Assembly (NCBI GenBank): GCA_963742415.1
Contig: CAVULX010000004.1
Span: 544,001-608,000, forward strand
Source: an uncultured Parachlamydiaceae bacterium
GTDB taxonomy: Bacteria > Chlamydiota > Chlamydiia > Chlamydiales > Parachlamydiaceae
Reading direction: 5' to 3'
DNA: 64,000 bases
Within the stretch, counting starts at the first letter, position 1; each line of letters opens with the position of its first letter. Of the stretch, positions 20,142 to 30,365 are shown in pieces. Under the pieces are notes generated by a model. That model was not told the origin of the DNA, searched no databases, and saw only the letters and a program-made list of their open reading frames with translations. A program made the translations under genes and the position numbers.

Positions 20142-21074
20142 CTATTTTTTTCTAATGACTTTAAACGGGCCAATATTGGGCAAGAGTTTTCCATTGATTT
20201 CCCGGTTTTCTGAAGCAAAAGTAAAAGTATTTTCATCGATTTTTTTCAACACATGGATGGAGGTAGCTTTACCTCCATGGGGCATCGTAAAGGTCAACGA
20301 GGCGAACCAGGTGTTTCCTTCTCTGAACCACACACTTTGGCCAAATCCTCCGTCAGAATCAAAAGTCCATGAATGGATCTTCGATTCAATCGGATCCCAA
20401 CCGATAATTTGCATTCCACTGAGTTGTTCGTAACCGAGGATGCTCGACACGAAATGTTCTGTTAAGAAATTTTTATTTTTATCCCATTCAAAGGTGTAGG
20501 TGACATCGATGTTTTCATCATCATCCACCCAATTTCCGGCTAACCAATCCAACTCTTTAAGCTGTGTAAAATGGGAAATAGAGGCGAGCAATTCGTTCAC
20601 ATAAAAGTTTTTGATAACCCATTGTTCATCTTCTATGATGAATTGAGCAACAAAAGCCATCTTTTTGGTCGATTTATCGGAATAAGTAATATCGGCGATC
20701 CCTTTAGCGATGGCTTCCTTTGTGGAAGGGAAGTAGATAGTGGATAGGGTGACTTTTAAAGATTGAGCATTTGGAACACTTTCGAACTGATTTTTAAAGT
20801 ACTTGGTAATCTCTTCTCTGCCAATGGTTGATTCTTCAGTAGAAATATTGATAAAGTAGGCGTCTTTGGACCAGTGGGAAGAGATGTTTTCAGGGCTATG
20901 CCGATTGAAAGCATCTACATACGCGTCGACCTTTTTTTTGATCTCTTCTTGCGTAGGGGAATATTTCGACTTGTCTTTTATTTCACAAGCTTGAAAAAGC
21001 ACTGCTGCTACGATTAAAATATAGATCAAGTGGATTCGATATTTCATCTTTCTCCTTATTTGTTTTTCTGACAC
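20142..21074 (-). CDS. Lipoprotein with an NTF2/SnoaL-like (YybH-like) domain and a beta-rich C-terminal domain
   Basis: Lipobox-like FQAC, YVDAFN, GREEI, LKELDWLAGNWVD, QIIGWDP..KIHSWTFDSDGGFG. Confidence 0.7.
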   Translation of the reverse strand: MSEKQIRRKMKYRIHLIYILIVAAVLFQACEIKDKSKYSPTQEEIKKKVDAYVDAFNRHSPENISSHWSKDAYFINISTEESTIGREEITKYFKNQFESVPNAQSLKVTLSTIYFPSTKEAIAKGIADITYSDKSTKKMAFVAQFIIEDEQWVIKNFYVNELLASISHFTQLKELDWLAGNWVDDDENIDVTYTFEWDKNKNFLTEHFVSSILGYEQLSGMQIIGWDPIESKIHSWTFDSDGGFGQSVWFREGNTWFASLTFTMPHGGKATSIHVLKKIDENTFTFASENREINGKLLPNIGPFKVIRKK

Positions 21075-21937
21075 TCTTTTTCCAATTGAGCTATTTGTTG
21101 GCGCAGTTCTTTATTTGTGGAAGACATTTGATCTAGTTGGGTTTGTAAAAGGTTATAATCTTGCTGAAGCTTAGAAAGGGAATTCGTTTTTTCATCGATG
21201 GTTAATTTCAAGCTTGTTTCTTTGTCTTTGCCTTCTTTCAGAATTTGCTGGCGGTCTTTTTCTAAGGCTTCCAGTTGCTTGGTTTTGTCTTTTAGTTGCT
21301 GGTCAGAAACAGATTTGTTTAAATTTAAATCGTAATTTTGTTTATTCTGTTTGCCAATCTCTTCGTTCAGCTCTCCGATTCTCTTATTTTTGTTTTGAAT
21401 TTGCTCGCTCAACATAACATTTTCATTGGAACTCTTTTGTAGCTGTTCAATTTTTTGCTGCAAAGCTCCTAGAGTCGATTGCGCCATTTGTAAGTCACTA
21501 TTTAACTTATTCATTTTCGCTTGGCTTTCTTGCTCGGTTTTTTTGAGACGGTCACGGAATACTTGTAATTCAGCAACCTTTTGGGCTTGCTGCTTTGTAA
21601 GTTCATCAATTTGATCCTCATCTTGTTTTACCTTAACTTGAAGATCTTGATTTTGTTGATCAAGGGTAGACAGTTCTTGTTCCAGCTCTTTGAGCCGCTG
21701 CATGAGAATGTCCGACAGGTTGCGATAGAATAACAAATTTTTAACTTGATTCTGAAGCTCAGCATTACTTTTCTGAAGAGAATAAATGATGTTTGGATTG
21801 ATTCTGGGAGGATATCTTGGGGGAATCTGCGCCGTTTGATTTTCGATGGGAACAGCAGCAGATTCAGATTCGCTCGAGCTAACGAAGCTTATTTGACCTG
21901 CCAGCAAGAACAAAGCAAAAATTAGGATATATTTCAT
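21056..21937 (-). CDS. Secreted long coiled-coil protein
   Basis: Signal peptide followed by more than 200 aa of Q/E/K/L heptads. Confidence 0.7.
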   Translation of the reverse strand: MKYILIFALFLLAGQISFVSSSESESAAVPIENQTAQIPPRYPPRINPNIIYSLQKSNAELQNQVKNLLFYRNLSDILMQRLKELEQELSTLDQQNQDLQVKVKQDEDQIDELTKQQAQKVAELQVFRDRLKKTEQESQAKMNKLNSDLQMAQSTLGALQQKIEQLQKSSNENVMLSEQIQNKNKRIGELNEEIGKQNKQNYDLNLNKSVSDQQLKDKTKQLEALEKDRQQILKEGKDKETSLKLTIDEKTNSLSKLQQDYNLLQTQLDQMSSTNKELRQQIAQLEKECQKNK

Positions 21938-21975
21938 AGTAGTTTTGAAAATAGGATCGATTCAAATATCCGCTG

Positions 21976-22908
21976 TTAAAAATTTATATTTGTGTCAGCA
22001 ATAAAGTTGCTGTTATCTGCCAGAGGCAAATAGGGTTTCTGACATTGCTCTGTTCCAAAAGAATAAACGATGCCAAAACATACATTTGATGCATAATTTC
22101 TCGATTCTTTTCCACCTTTTGCAGATCTTGGAGCCATATAAGAGGCATGTCCGGTGACGCTCAAACAACTAGTCAAAGGAGCATAAAAGCTGGCGCCTAA
22201 GATAAACCTTCCGTCTCTTCCCGGCGAATGCATCAACCCTTTTCTATAGGGAAAACCAACCCAAATTGATGTTTGAGCACAACAATCAAAATTATGCTGC
22301 CAAAATAGATTAAGTTGGCTGATCGCCCGGAATTTCACTGGAATTCCATGGTAACGATGACGGGATGTGTGAGCATAGTTAGTTCCCCATATCCCAATTT
22401 CATCACATCCGTTGATTAAGTAACCCGTTTTGTAGCGCACTTGCGATAAGTCGGCATGCAAAGCAAAAACGCTAAAATTTTTATTGATCATCCAATCATA
22501 GACCACGCCAAAATTAAAACCGCAACAATAGGGAGTTGTGAGAGAAAACCCACCTGTCAAAAAAGTCTGCTGTTGGCTTTCTTTAAGGTTGCCGCTGACA
22601 GGGGATTGGCGGCCATTCCAATCATAAACTCCATAACTCGCTCCTAGCTGCATTTCGAGGCAATAGTCAAAAAAATTCTGGAAGTCTATTCCACTATTAA
22701 CAGCCACATAAGCGCCTGTATTATCTTGAAAACTTCCATCAGGCAGACTTCGGAATGTATCTACAGCCAAAGTGAAATCTGCAGAGAAGTCGGGCATCCA
22801 CCAAGAGCCGCAATCTTCACAAGATGAAAATTCGTCTTGGTAAAAATCGGCCTGCAAGAAAGTGGAAGCACAGGCGAAAACTAATATGGATAAAATGTTT
22901 TTCATCAT
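21976..22908 (-). CDS. Putative outer-membrane beta-barrel protein (DUF6666-like)
   Basis: Signal peptide, QLGASYGVYDW, QQQTFLTGG, NFGVVYDW, ISQLNLFW, PYLPLADN, terminal Phe. Confidence 0.6.
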   Translation of the reverse strand: MMKNILSILVFACASTFLQADFYQDEFSSCEDCGSWWMPDFSADFTLAVDTFRSLPDGSFQDNTGAYVAVNSGIDFQNFFDYCLEMQLGASYGVYDWNGRQSPVSGNLKESQQQTFLTGGFSLTTPYCCGFNFGVVYDWMINKNFSVFALHADLSQVRYKTGYLINGCDEIGIWGTNYAHTSRHRYHGIPVKFRAISQLNLFWQHNFDCCAQTSIWVGFPYRKGLMHSPGRDGRFILGASFYAPLTSCLSVTGHASYMAPRSAKGGKESRNYASNVCFGIVYSFGTEQCQKPYLPLADNSNFIADTNINF

Positions 22909-23100
22909 AAAAACTCGTAATGCTTTTTTTGGTGTTTTGGATTCAAAAGTTCACCCCACTTTGAGACAAAAAGTGAGTAAAATAGCACGTTAAAAAAAAG
23001 TTTTTAATATAGCAAATGTTTTTTTACCTATGTAACGCTTGACAGTTTTTTTTTATCTGTTAAATTCCTTTTTTAAATTAATATATTCAGGAAAATCCCT

Positions 23101-24123
23101 ATGAACATCCCTTCCATACTGCTTTTGAGGCTAATGACAATTATTTTCTTGAACACATCTTTTCTTTGTTATGCAGATGAAGAACTCGTCAGTCAGTTAG
23201 AAAGTCCGGCTATCCAAAACGTCCGCCAATTAACTTTCCCATCAATGGGTTTCGAAAAAGCGGGAGAAGCCTATTTTTCACCCGATAGTGAAGCTATCAT
23301 CTTCCAGGCAGTCCCTAAAGGGGAAGAAAAGTATCAGATATATTCAATGAGTTTAAATACTATGACTCCTGTCCTTGTCAGTACTGGAAGGGGGGCTTGT
23401 ACTTGCTCTTATTTTAGGCCTGACGGAAAAAAAATTATTTTTGCTTCTAGCCACGAAAGCCCTGAGTTATCCCCCGCTCCAAAAGCGACAGATGGGAAAT
23501 ATAAGTGGGAGCTTACCCCTTACATGAATATTTATGAAGCTAACTTAGATGGCACCGATCTTGCGGCCTTGACATCAGGTCCGGCCTATCATGCCGAATG
23601 TGCTTTTTCTTCCGATGGATCCCGTATCGTTTATGCTAGCAATGAAGATGGAAGTATGAATATTTACACCATGAAATCGGATGGCACAGATGTTGTACAA
23701 ATTACCCATACAAACGATTCCTACAATGGGGGACCCTTTTTTTCACCCGATGATAAGAAAATCATCTTCCGTGCCGATCGGGCTAAAGCAGATTACCTCC
23801 AAATCTATGTCATTGGTGTAGATGGTCGCGAAGAGAGGCAGCTCACAGATAATGATGCTGTTAATTGGGCGCCCTATTGGCATCCAAACGGCAAAGTGGT
23901 CGCTTTTACTACATCTTTACATGGACATTACCGGTATGAAATTTACCTTCTCAACATTGAAACAGGAGCCTCTTATAGATTGACCCATTTTCCCTCCTTT
24001 GATGGGTTGCCTGTATTTAATCGGGAGGGGAATAAGATCCTTTGGACCTCTAAAAGAGGCAAAGACAGAACATGTCAAATATTTATCGCAGACTTTAACT
24101 TACCCGAAGAACTTGAGCGATAA
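23101..24123 (+). CDS. TolB-like PD40 beta-propeller protein
   Basis: Repeated FSPDG/FRPDGKKIIF motifs; GEAYFSPD, YNGGPFFSPD, NWAPYWHPNG. Confidence 0.88.
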   Translation: MNIPSILLLRLMTIIFLNTSFLCYADEELVSQLESPAIQNVRQLTFPSMGFEKAGEAYFSPDSEAIIFQAVPKGEEKYQIYSMSLNTMTPVLVSTGRGACTCSYFRPDGKKIIFASSHESPELSPAPKATDGKYKWELTPYMNIYEANLDGTDLAALTSGPAYHAECAFSSDGSRIVYASNEDGSMNIYTMKSDGTDVVQITHTNDSYNGGPFFSPDDKKIIFRADRAKADYLQIYVIGVDGREERQLTDNDAVNWAPYWHPNGKVVAFTTSLHGHYRYEIYLLNIETGASYRLTHFPSFDGLPVFNREGNKILWTSKRGKDRTCQIFIADFNLPEELER

Positions 24124-24159
24124 ATAATTTTAAGAACAGAAATACACAGTAGGTGAAGT

Positions 24160-25584
24160 ATGAACTTTTATTACATTAGAATGGCTATATTGTTATTCGC
24201 TTGCGCTTATGCTTGCAACGGATTCAGTGATAACCAAACAGCGACAGTAAGTCCGATTTTATCTTCAAGTAATTTGCCTTTTGAAATCGTGATTAAGGAA
24301 GCAGACTTTATGCTGCCTAATGGCATCCATTCCGGCGCCTTTGCTACACATAGGCAATATTGGCTCTTTATAACCGGTCGAACAAATGGGATGCATAGTT
24401 TCAATAACAATGACAACAACTTTCCTCCCCAAAAACAAAATAAAATAGTCTATGTTGTGGATTCAGAAACACATACCGTCTATACGAGATCTTTGGACGA
24501 TCCAACTTCAGGATTAAGCCAGCATCAGGTTGATTTGCTTTCCGTGACTGCCCCTCAATATTACCAGACGGAAGATACCTTATATATTTCTGGAGGCTAC
24601 GGGGTAAATTCGGCCACCGGGGACTTTAGTACGAAGGATGCCTTATCCGTTATCGACATACCTGGACTTATCAAATGGGTGATCAACCCCGACAGCCACA
24701 AAACTGCGGCCGATTCGATCCGTCAGGTCCACCACCCCATACTTAAAGTTACCGGTGGGTACATGGATCAAGCTAACGACCACTCGTATACGTTGCTGAT
24801 TTTTGGACAAGATTTTCTTGGGTTTTATTTGGATTCTTCCAATGGGGCTTACACCCAGCAAGTCCGCCGTTTCCGGATCGTCGATGATGGAAAAGAGTTG
24901 TTTATTCTGCCTAAAGAGTCTGAAGAGCCAAATCCCAATTATCGGAGACGAGATTTAAATGTGGTGCCGGTGATGAAGAAAAAACACAACAGGTATGAAG
25001 AAGCGTACGTCGCTTTATCGGGGGTTTTTACATTGACAACTGGAGCTTGGACAGTGCCTGTGACTATCACTGCTGAAGGGGAGGCCTCCATGGCAGATCC
25101 TTCGCTTCCCTCGACATTCAAACAAGGGATGAACAATTATGCTTCTGCAAGGCTTGGCCTTTTCTCCAAGAAAACAAATGATATGTATGTTGTCTTGTTT
25201 GGAGGGATTAGCTTTGGCTTTTTCAGAAATGGGGTTTTTAAAACAAGTTCTAACCTTCCTTTTATCAATCAGGTGACAACAATTAAAATTGATGAGGATG
25301 ACAATTTTACCCAATATCTGATGAAAAATAAATTTCCGGTGATCTTGTCAACGAAGTCAAACCCTGGAAGACGGCTTCGCTTTGGCGCCGGCGCTTATTT
25401 CGTTCCTAATAATGACGTGCCCATGTATCCGAATGGTGTTTTTCGATTGGATAAATTGGAAGATTCACCGATTTTATTAGGGCATATTGTGGGTGGGATT
25501 CAAAGCAGTGTAGCTAACACGAAAAAGAAGACCGATTCGGCAGCTTCCCCCTATATCTTTCAAGTCTTTTTAGAGCCGCAGTAA
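24160..25584 (+). CDS. Secreted hypothetical protein (possible beta-propeller)
   Basis: Signal peptide; GRTNGMH, LYISGGYG, VTGG, YRRRDLNVVP, FGGIS. Confidence 0.65.
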   Translation: MNFYYIRMAILLFACAYACNGFSDNQTATVSPILSSSNLPFEIVIKEADFMLPNGIHSGAFATHRQYWLFITGRTNGMHSFNNNDNNFPPQKQNKIVYVVDSETHTVYTRSLDDPTSGLSQHQVDLLSVTAPQYYQTEDTLYISGGYGVNSATGDFSTKDALSVIDIPGLIKWVINPDSHKTAADSIRQVHHPILKVTGGYMDQANDHSYTLLIFGQDFLGFYLDSSNGAYTQQVRRFRIVDDGKELFILPKESEEPNPNYRRRDLNVVPVMKKKHNRYEEAYVALSGVFTLTTGAWTVPVTITAEGEASMADPSLPSTFKQGMNNYASARLGLFSKKTNDMYVVLFGGISFGFFRNGVFKTSSNLPFINQVTTIKIDEDDNFTQYLMKNKFPVILSTKSNPGRRLRFGAGAYFVPNNDVPMYPNGVFRLDKLEDSPILLGHIVGGIQSSVANTKKKTDSAASPYIFQVFLEPQ

Positions 25585-25592
25585 AGCATGTG

Positions 25593-25628
25593 AGGTATGG
25601 GAAAGATTGACTTGTGTTTCCCATACCT
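25593..25628 (+). terminator. Hairpin terminator
   Basis: aggtatgggaaa...tttcccatacct inverted repeat. Confidence 0.55.
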
Positions 25629-25885
25629 ATTCCTTCCAAAGACCAGCTATATTGACATGAAATTATTCCTTAAAATATGATTGAATTTTTTCAACGTAAA
25701 TCTACTATATTCATTGATTTAAGTCCTTTATGAGAGGGGGAATCTAATGATTCGGGGGTGAAAAGTTAAGAAAATGTAAACAAAATTGTTTAAAAATTTA
25801 TTGTGTCTTAATTATTGTTTGTTAAAATAAAACCATATAAATAAATTAAGTTTTAATTAATTATAACATTAAGAGATAAAGGTTT

Positions 25886-27529
25886 ATGGCAGGAAACCCC
25901 CAAATGCACGCTTATCCTCCGCAAGGGCAGCAGCCTCCTCCACCGCCAAAGCCTCCCCGCAAAAATCCATATCACGACGGGATCTCCCAGAGCGCTCAAC
26001 AATATGACTTATATGAAATGATTCGCCGCCCTAATGCCCATCATACGATGCGGCCGCCGGATGCACCCGCCTACATAGACCCAAAGGAAAAAGCTCGAGC
26101 TTTGAAAATAAAATTAGAGCAAGAGGTAGAAGAGAAGTTTGAGCATCAATATTTACGCCGAGAAACCAAGGGGCTTACTTTAGGAAAAGCGATCAAAGCT
26201 ATCTTCTTGTTGCTCGTATTGCCCTTCTATTTAATTCTTTTTCAAATACCTAAATGGATCTTTTGTGTCGTTATCCCGAATCTTTATAAACGGCTTGAAA
26301 CAGTTGTATTATCAATATTGCAAAAGATAAAGGGGAAAATTCTAAAAAAAATCGAGCGAATAAAAGATAAAATCAGCTCAATAAAGAAAAATTTGATCAA
26401 TTTGGGAAGGGAAAAAAAGACAAAAGAGGAAAAAGCGATCAAACAACAGCCGGAACATCTCGATTTTTTTTCATTTATTTTTCAAGGGATTTGGTTTTTG
26501 TACAGCGTGACTCTAATGCCAATCTTTAAAACCATCGTGTGGCTTTTTCATGCATATAAAAAAATTGTTGCTGCATTAAAAGCGATGCCAACCAAAGTCG
26601 AGTCTACAGTTCAGTCTATCCAACACCGGATGCAGCAAATGGCTGTAGAATACAAAGCTAAAAGTCTTCAGATTGGGCATCAGGCTCTCGATTATGTAAA
26701 AAACGGATTTAAAGAAAAAATTGAGCGCCCTGTGGCTCTCTGGTGTAAACCTAAATTTAAGGCTGTCCAAAAGAAAGTTTCGACTTATATCAAGAGCAAA
26801 AGTGACAAAATAGTAGCTCGGGCAGAAAATATTAAAAATCTCGTCTTGCACCCATGGCAGACCTTTAAGAAGTTTTGTTTTTCGATTAAGGAGCGAATCA
26901 ATCAAAAGATCACCCATATTAAAACCACCATCGAGTCTTGGATTCAATCTAAAAAGGAATTCCTCCTCCACAAACTTCAGAATTTTAAGAAAGCAATCGA
27001 TGAGAAAATTTTTGGTTATGTTGAAAAGAAGAAAAATAGATTAATAGAGGTTTTTTTACGCGTATACAATCCCTTGCAGGTCAAGTTCCAAAAGATCTCA
27101 AATACCATTGCAAAAATCAAAGAAACATGCAGGAAACAAAAAGAGGGGATTATTTCAAAAATCAAAACATCTAAGCCCTATCTTACAATACTTCAATTAG
27201 CTGCTACGTTAAAAAAATGGCATCAAGAACTTTCCAAAAGAGGGGAGTTATGGGCATCGAAAGCAAGAGCTTTCAGTGAGCGCATGCTCAATAGAGGAAA
27301 ACTGCCTTTTAATGTTGTCCAACAAATTGCATTGCGCTGTCAAAAGAAGCTCGAAGCCAAAATGCAAAAAATATCCGAACCCATTCAGAAAACCTACAGC
27401 ACTATTAAGCAGCGTATGTTCCAATGGAGATTGCGTTATCAGCTGTTGTGTGCTTGGAACGTGGTGCTTATGCGCTACGGGATGCGCCTTGTTCGCGAAA
27501 CAGCTGAAAGCATCCGTTTATTTCGTTAA
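25886..27529 (+). CDS. Lys-rich helical membrane-associated hypothetical protein
   Basis: 547-aa ORF; Pro-rich N-terminus, two hydrophobic segments, amphipathic K-rich helices. Confidence 0.7.
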   Translation: MAGNPQMHAYPPQGQQPPPPPKPPRKNPYHDGISQSAQQYDLYEMIRRPNAHHTMRPPDAPAYIDPKEKARALKIKLEQEVEEKFEHQYLRRETKGLTLGKAIKAIFLLLVLPFYLILFQIPKWIFCVVIPNLYKRLETVVLSILQKIKGKILKKIERIKDKISSIKKNLINLGREKKTKEEKAIKQQPEHLDFFSFIFQGIWFLYSVTLMPIFKTIVWLFHAYKKIVAALKAMPTKVESTVQSIQHRMQQMAVEYKAKSLQIGHQALDYVKNGFKEKIERPVALWCKPKFKAVQKKVSTYIKSKSDKIVARAENIKNLVLHPWQTFKKFCFSIKERINQKITHIKTTIESWIQSKKEFLLHKLQNFKKAIDEKIFGYVEKKKNRLIEVFLRVYNPLQVKFQKISNTIAKIKETCRKQKEGIISKIKTSKPYLTILQLAATLKKWHQELSKRGELWASKARAFSERMLNRGKLPFNVVQQIALRCQKKLEAKMQKISEPIQKTYSTIKQRMFQWRLRYQLLCAWNVVLMRYGMRLVRETAESIRLFR

Positions 27530-27629
27530 GAAGCTGCTTATAAATAGCATCTGTCTCTTCCAAACAAATTACAATTGCAAAAAAAGTTATTTAAGTTTTA
27601 AGTCATAGGGAAAGATAAATTTTTCCTGA

Positions 27630-28589
27630 ATGGTTGGGATGTCGAAGCGGCATATCTATTTGTTAAAGTTTTTTGTGGCTTGTTCCTTACACATCTTTTC
27701 CCAGCTGCATAGTCAAGACGATTCGTGTTCTAGCAGCAAAGATCAAGAGGCTCAGACGAAAAAAAATGACGAACCCAAGGAAAAAAAGGAAGTAGAACCT
27801 CCCAAGATAGGCAATTTCTCTTTGCCCACCTCTCAACAACCGGCAGCCCTATTCGGTTTTGGAGGGAATATCATCGATAAAAATGAAATCCAAATTTATG
27901 TTTTTGCAGATGACTTTTATGGTAAGAAAAAAAATACCGTTGATATTATTCCAAGCATTTTGTTCGGGATTACAGATGATTGGTCCATTTTCTTTAATTT
28001 TCCATTCACACCACGATTGAGAAGTGAAAGCCAACATTCTAAAGGCTTGGAAGATTTTTTTGTCCAATTGGAATATGCTTTCTATAACAAAAAAACAGAG
28101 ACTTATGTTGACCAAGCGACAGTTTTGGGCAATGTCACTTTTCCTACAGGATCTGAAAAGAAAGATCCTCCTACAGGTTTTGGGTCCCCAAGCTTCTTCT
28201 TAGGGGCTACCTATTATCGTACTTGGGTGGATTGGTTTGTTTTCACTTCGTATGGCGGCGTGTTGACAACCTCAAACCACGGCACAAAATTCGGAGATCA
28301 ATTTCTTTACCAGTTTGGCGTTGGACGTAACTTTCCCAGCCCAGAAGGGTGGATTTTTGCGTGGATGGTCGAATTAGATGGGCAATACAACAAAAAAAAT
28401 AGAATTCATGGGTCTATCGATCCAAATTCAGGTGGAAATGCGGTTTTTGTAACCCCTTCTTTATGGTTTTCAAGTAAAGAGATCCTTGTTCAATTCGGTG
28501 TTAGCTTCCCTGTGAACCAAAATCTCTTCGGCAAACAAACCAAGTTTGATTACGCTTTAAATTTAAATGTCGGTTGGTCTTTTTATTAA
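27630..28589 (+). CDS. Outer-membrane beta-barrel, Phenol_MetA_deg/transporter-like
   Basis: GLEDFFVQLEY, VTFPTGS, alternating beta strands, aromatic C-terminus (WSFY). Confidence 0.6.
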   Translation: MVGMSKRHIYLLKFFVACSLHIFSQLHSQDDSCSSSKDQEAQTKKNDEPKEKKEVEPPKIGNFSLPTSQQPAALFGFGGNIIDKNEIQIYVFADDFYGKKKNTVDIIPSILFGITDDWSIFFNFPFTPRLRSESQHSKGLEDFFVQLEYAFYNKKTETYVDQATVLGNVTFPTGSEKKDPPTGFGSPSFFLGATYYRTWVDWFVFTSYGGVLTTSNHGTKFGDQFLYQFGVGRNFPSPEGWIFAWMVELDGQYNKKNRIHGSIDPNSGGNAVFVTPSLWFSSKEILVQFGVSFPVNQNLFGKQTKFDYALNLNVGWSFY

Positions 28590-28599
28590 CCTGATATGG

Positions 28600-30234
28600 C
28601 TACAATTTCTCTTTGTTTTTCTTTGCATTAGGTACCATAGTAAAATTCGCAAAATCCCTGAAAGATAAAACTTTGGCAAAATTTCCTCTAACCGTATTAC
28701 AAGATCTTTGGGGATCTTCAGTTACCCCTAAATTCGAAGATGGCTGGAGAGGTTCAATTTCGGTTATTTCCACTTCAAGAGGGACATTTGTAGTAAAAAC
28801 AGACACCCGCCTTTTAGGTATTGGTTTATGTTCTTGTATATATTGATTAATTTTTTGTTGAAAAGCTTGAGCTGTCATCCGTTTCCTCGGATCGTAGCAT
28901 AGCAATTCGCTTATGAGCACTATCCAAAAATCATCTTTTCCCTTCTTTTTTCTTGGAATTATTGTCGGATTTTTGATCTCTGTAATAGCTAAATTAATGC
29001 TTTGCAGATAGGGTTTTCCCTTACTCTCTATAATGGCAAGATCCGTTTCAAATTTTCCGATCAATCTTTCATATTCCCCTTTATTGTATTCGGTCATACT
29101 CTCTATAAGCTTTTTAATGTAACCTGTGCTCAATGCATTTGTAATTTCAGTAAGTTCGACTTCGTATTCCTGTTTTGAGGTTTCATTACACTCTAGACGT
29201 TGTAAAACCTGGCAGAATTTCGGCAATTTCTTAAAGTACATCATATACAAAATGCACCCCACTCCCCACATATCGGAAGCACGTTTGTCTTCTTCTGAAC
29301 CAAAATCCTCCAGGTTCACACCGAAACGATCAAGGTGGCGGCCATCAATTGAACGGAGAAACCACTCAGGCGCCTTAAATGCAAACTTTCCAGGAGTTTT
29401 TTCAGGATCATTTTGTGTGCTAAGAAAATAACTTACATCTAAGTTTGAAAGATGTGTTTCTGCAATTTTTTTCGACTTGTATTTTATAAGGAGGTTATTT
29501 GGGTTAATATTTTCAAAGATACAGTTGTGATCATGCAATGCAGTCAATGTTACAGCTAAAGCTTCGCTAACCTTCAGCATGTTTTGAATGTTACATTCAC
29601 TGTTTTTTTGGGTGTGAACTTTCTTAATAAACCTTGTTAAATTTCCATCATATAACGGAATATATACGACACTCTTTGTACGGCCCTTTGGTTCTTTTCT
29701 TGAAGCCCAAGCATGAATTTTTAAGACATTGGGATAGCTTTTGAACAGATCCAATTGAGCAATTTTTTCTAGTAACATAATGTTGGCAGCGTTAGTTCTA
29801 GTTGTGATTGATAATTTAGCTACCTCGTTAACTTGAAATTTATCGCTTTTGAATATAATTTGAGTGGCTTTATAAACTTTTGTGAAATTCCCTTCAGCGA
29901 TAAGGTTATTTGATTGGATATAAATTTGAACCTCTCCATCTCCTTGTGCGTGAAATGTCACTGTAAAAGGAACTTCCATTGATTGATTAAACTGCCTACT
30001 TATTTTCGTTCCCTCTTGAATTTCTATAGAACTATTTGGACGCATGGCCTGGGTGACATAACACACTTCTCTTAAGAAACTTTCTGTAAAAATAGAATTC
30101 TTTAATTGGTTAATCAACCTCTGGGCGTCCTCTTTAACTTTGTCGATATGAACTCCCTTTTCTTGGCGCCAGGTTGCATCAGACAGTGATAGTTTCGTCA
30201 AAATATGAAATTTTTCGTTCGCTACTTGATTCAT
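28600..30234 (-). CDS. Eukaryote-like Ser/Thr kinase-fold protein, predicted pseudokinase
   Basis: IAEGNFTKVYKA, FENINPNNLL (in place of HRDLKPEN), SNLD (in place of DFG), KAPEW, SDMWGVGCI, DPRKRMTA. Confidence 0.75.
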   Translation of the reverse strand: MNQVANEKFHILTKLSLSDATWRQEKGVHIDKVKEDAQRLINQLKNSIFTESFLREVCYVTQAMRPNSSIEIQEGTKISRQFNQSMEVPFTVTFHAQGDGEVQIYIQSNNLIAEGNFTKVYKATQIIFKSDKFQVNEVAKLSITTRTNAANIMLLEKIAQLDLFKSYPNVLKIHAWASRKEPKGRTKSVVYIPLYDGNLTRFIKKVHTQKNSECNIQNMLKVSEALAVTLTALHDHNCIFENINPNNLLIKYKSKKIAETHLSNLDVSYFLSTQNDPEKTPGKFAFKAPEWFLRSIDGRHLDRFGVNLEDFGSEEDKRASDMWGVGCILYMMYFKKLPKFCQVLQRLECNETSKQEYEVELTEITNALSTGYIKKLIESMTEYNKGEYERLIGKFETDLAIIESKGKPYLQSINLAITEIKNPTIIPRKKKGKDDFWIVLISELLCYDPRKRMTAQAFQQKINQYIQEHKPIPKRRVSVFTTNVPLEVEITEIEPLQPSSNLGVTEDPQRSCNTVRGNFAKVLSFRDFANFTMVPNAKKNKEKL

Positions 30235-30365
30235 AATTTCTCCTTGTAAGGATACCTATTTTATTTAATTTTAATTTAGGATAGAGCTACCGGATTTAGA
30301 TCTCAATCAGGTATATAATTCTGAGGAGAAAAGTTGCCAAAATCGGCCATAAAAATAACAATTCC

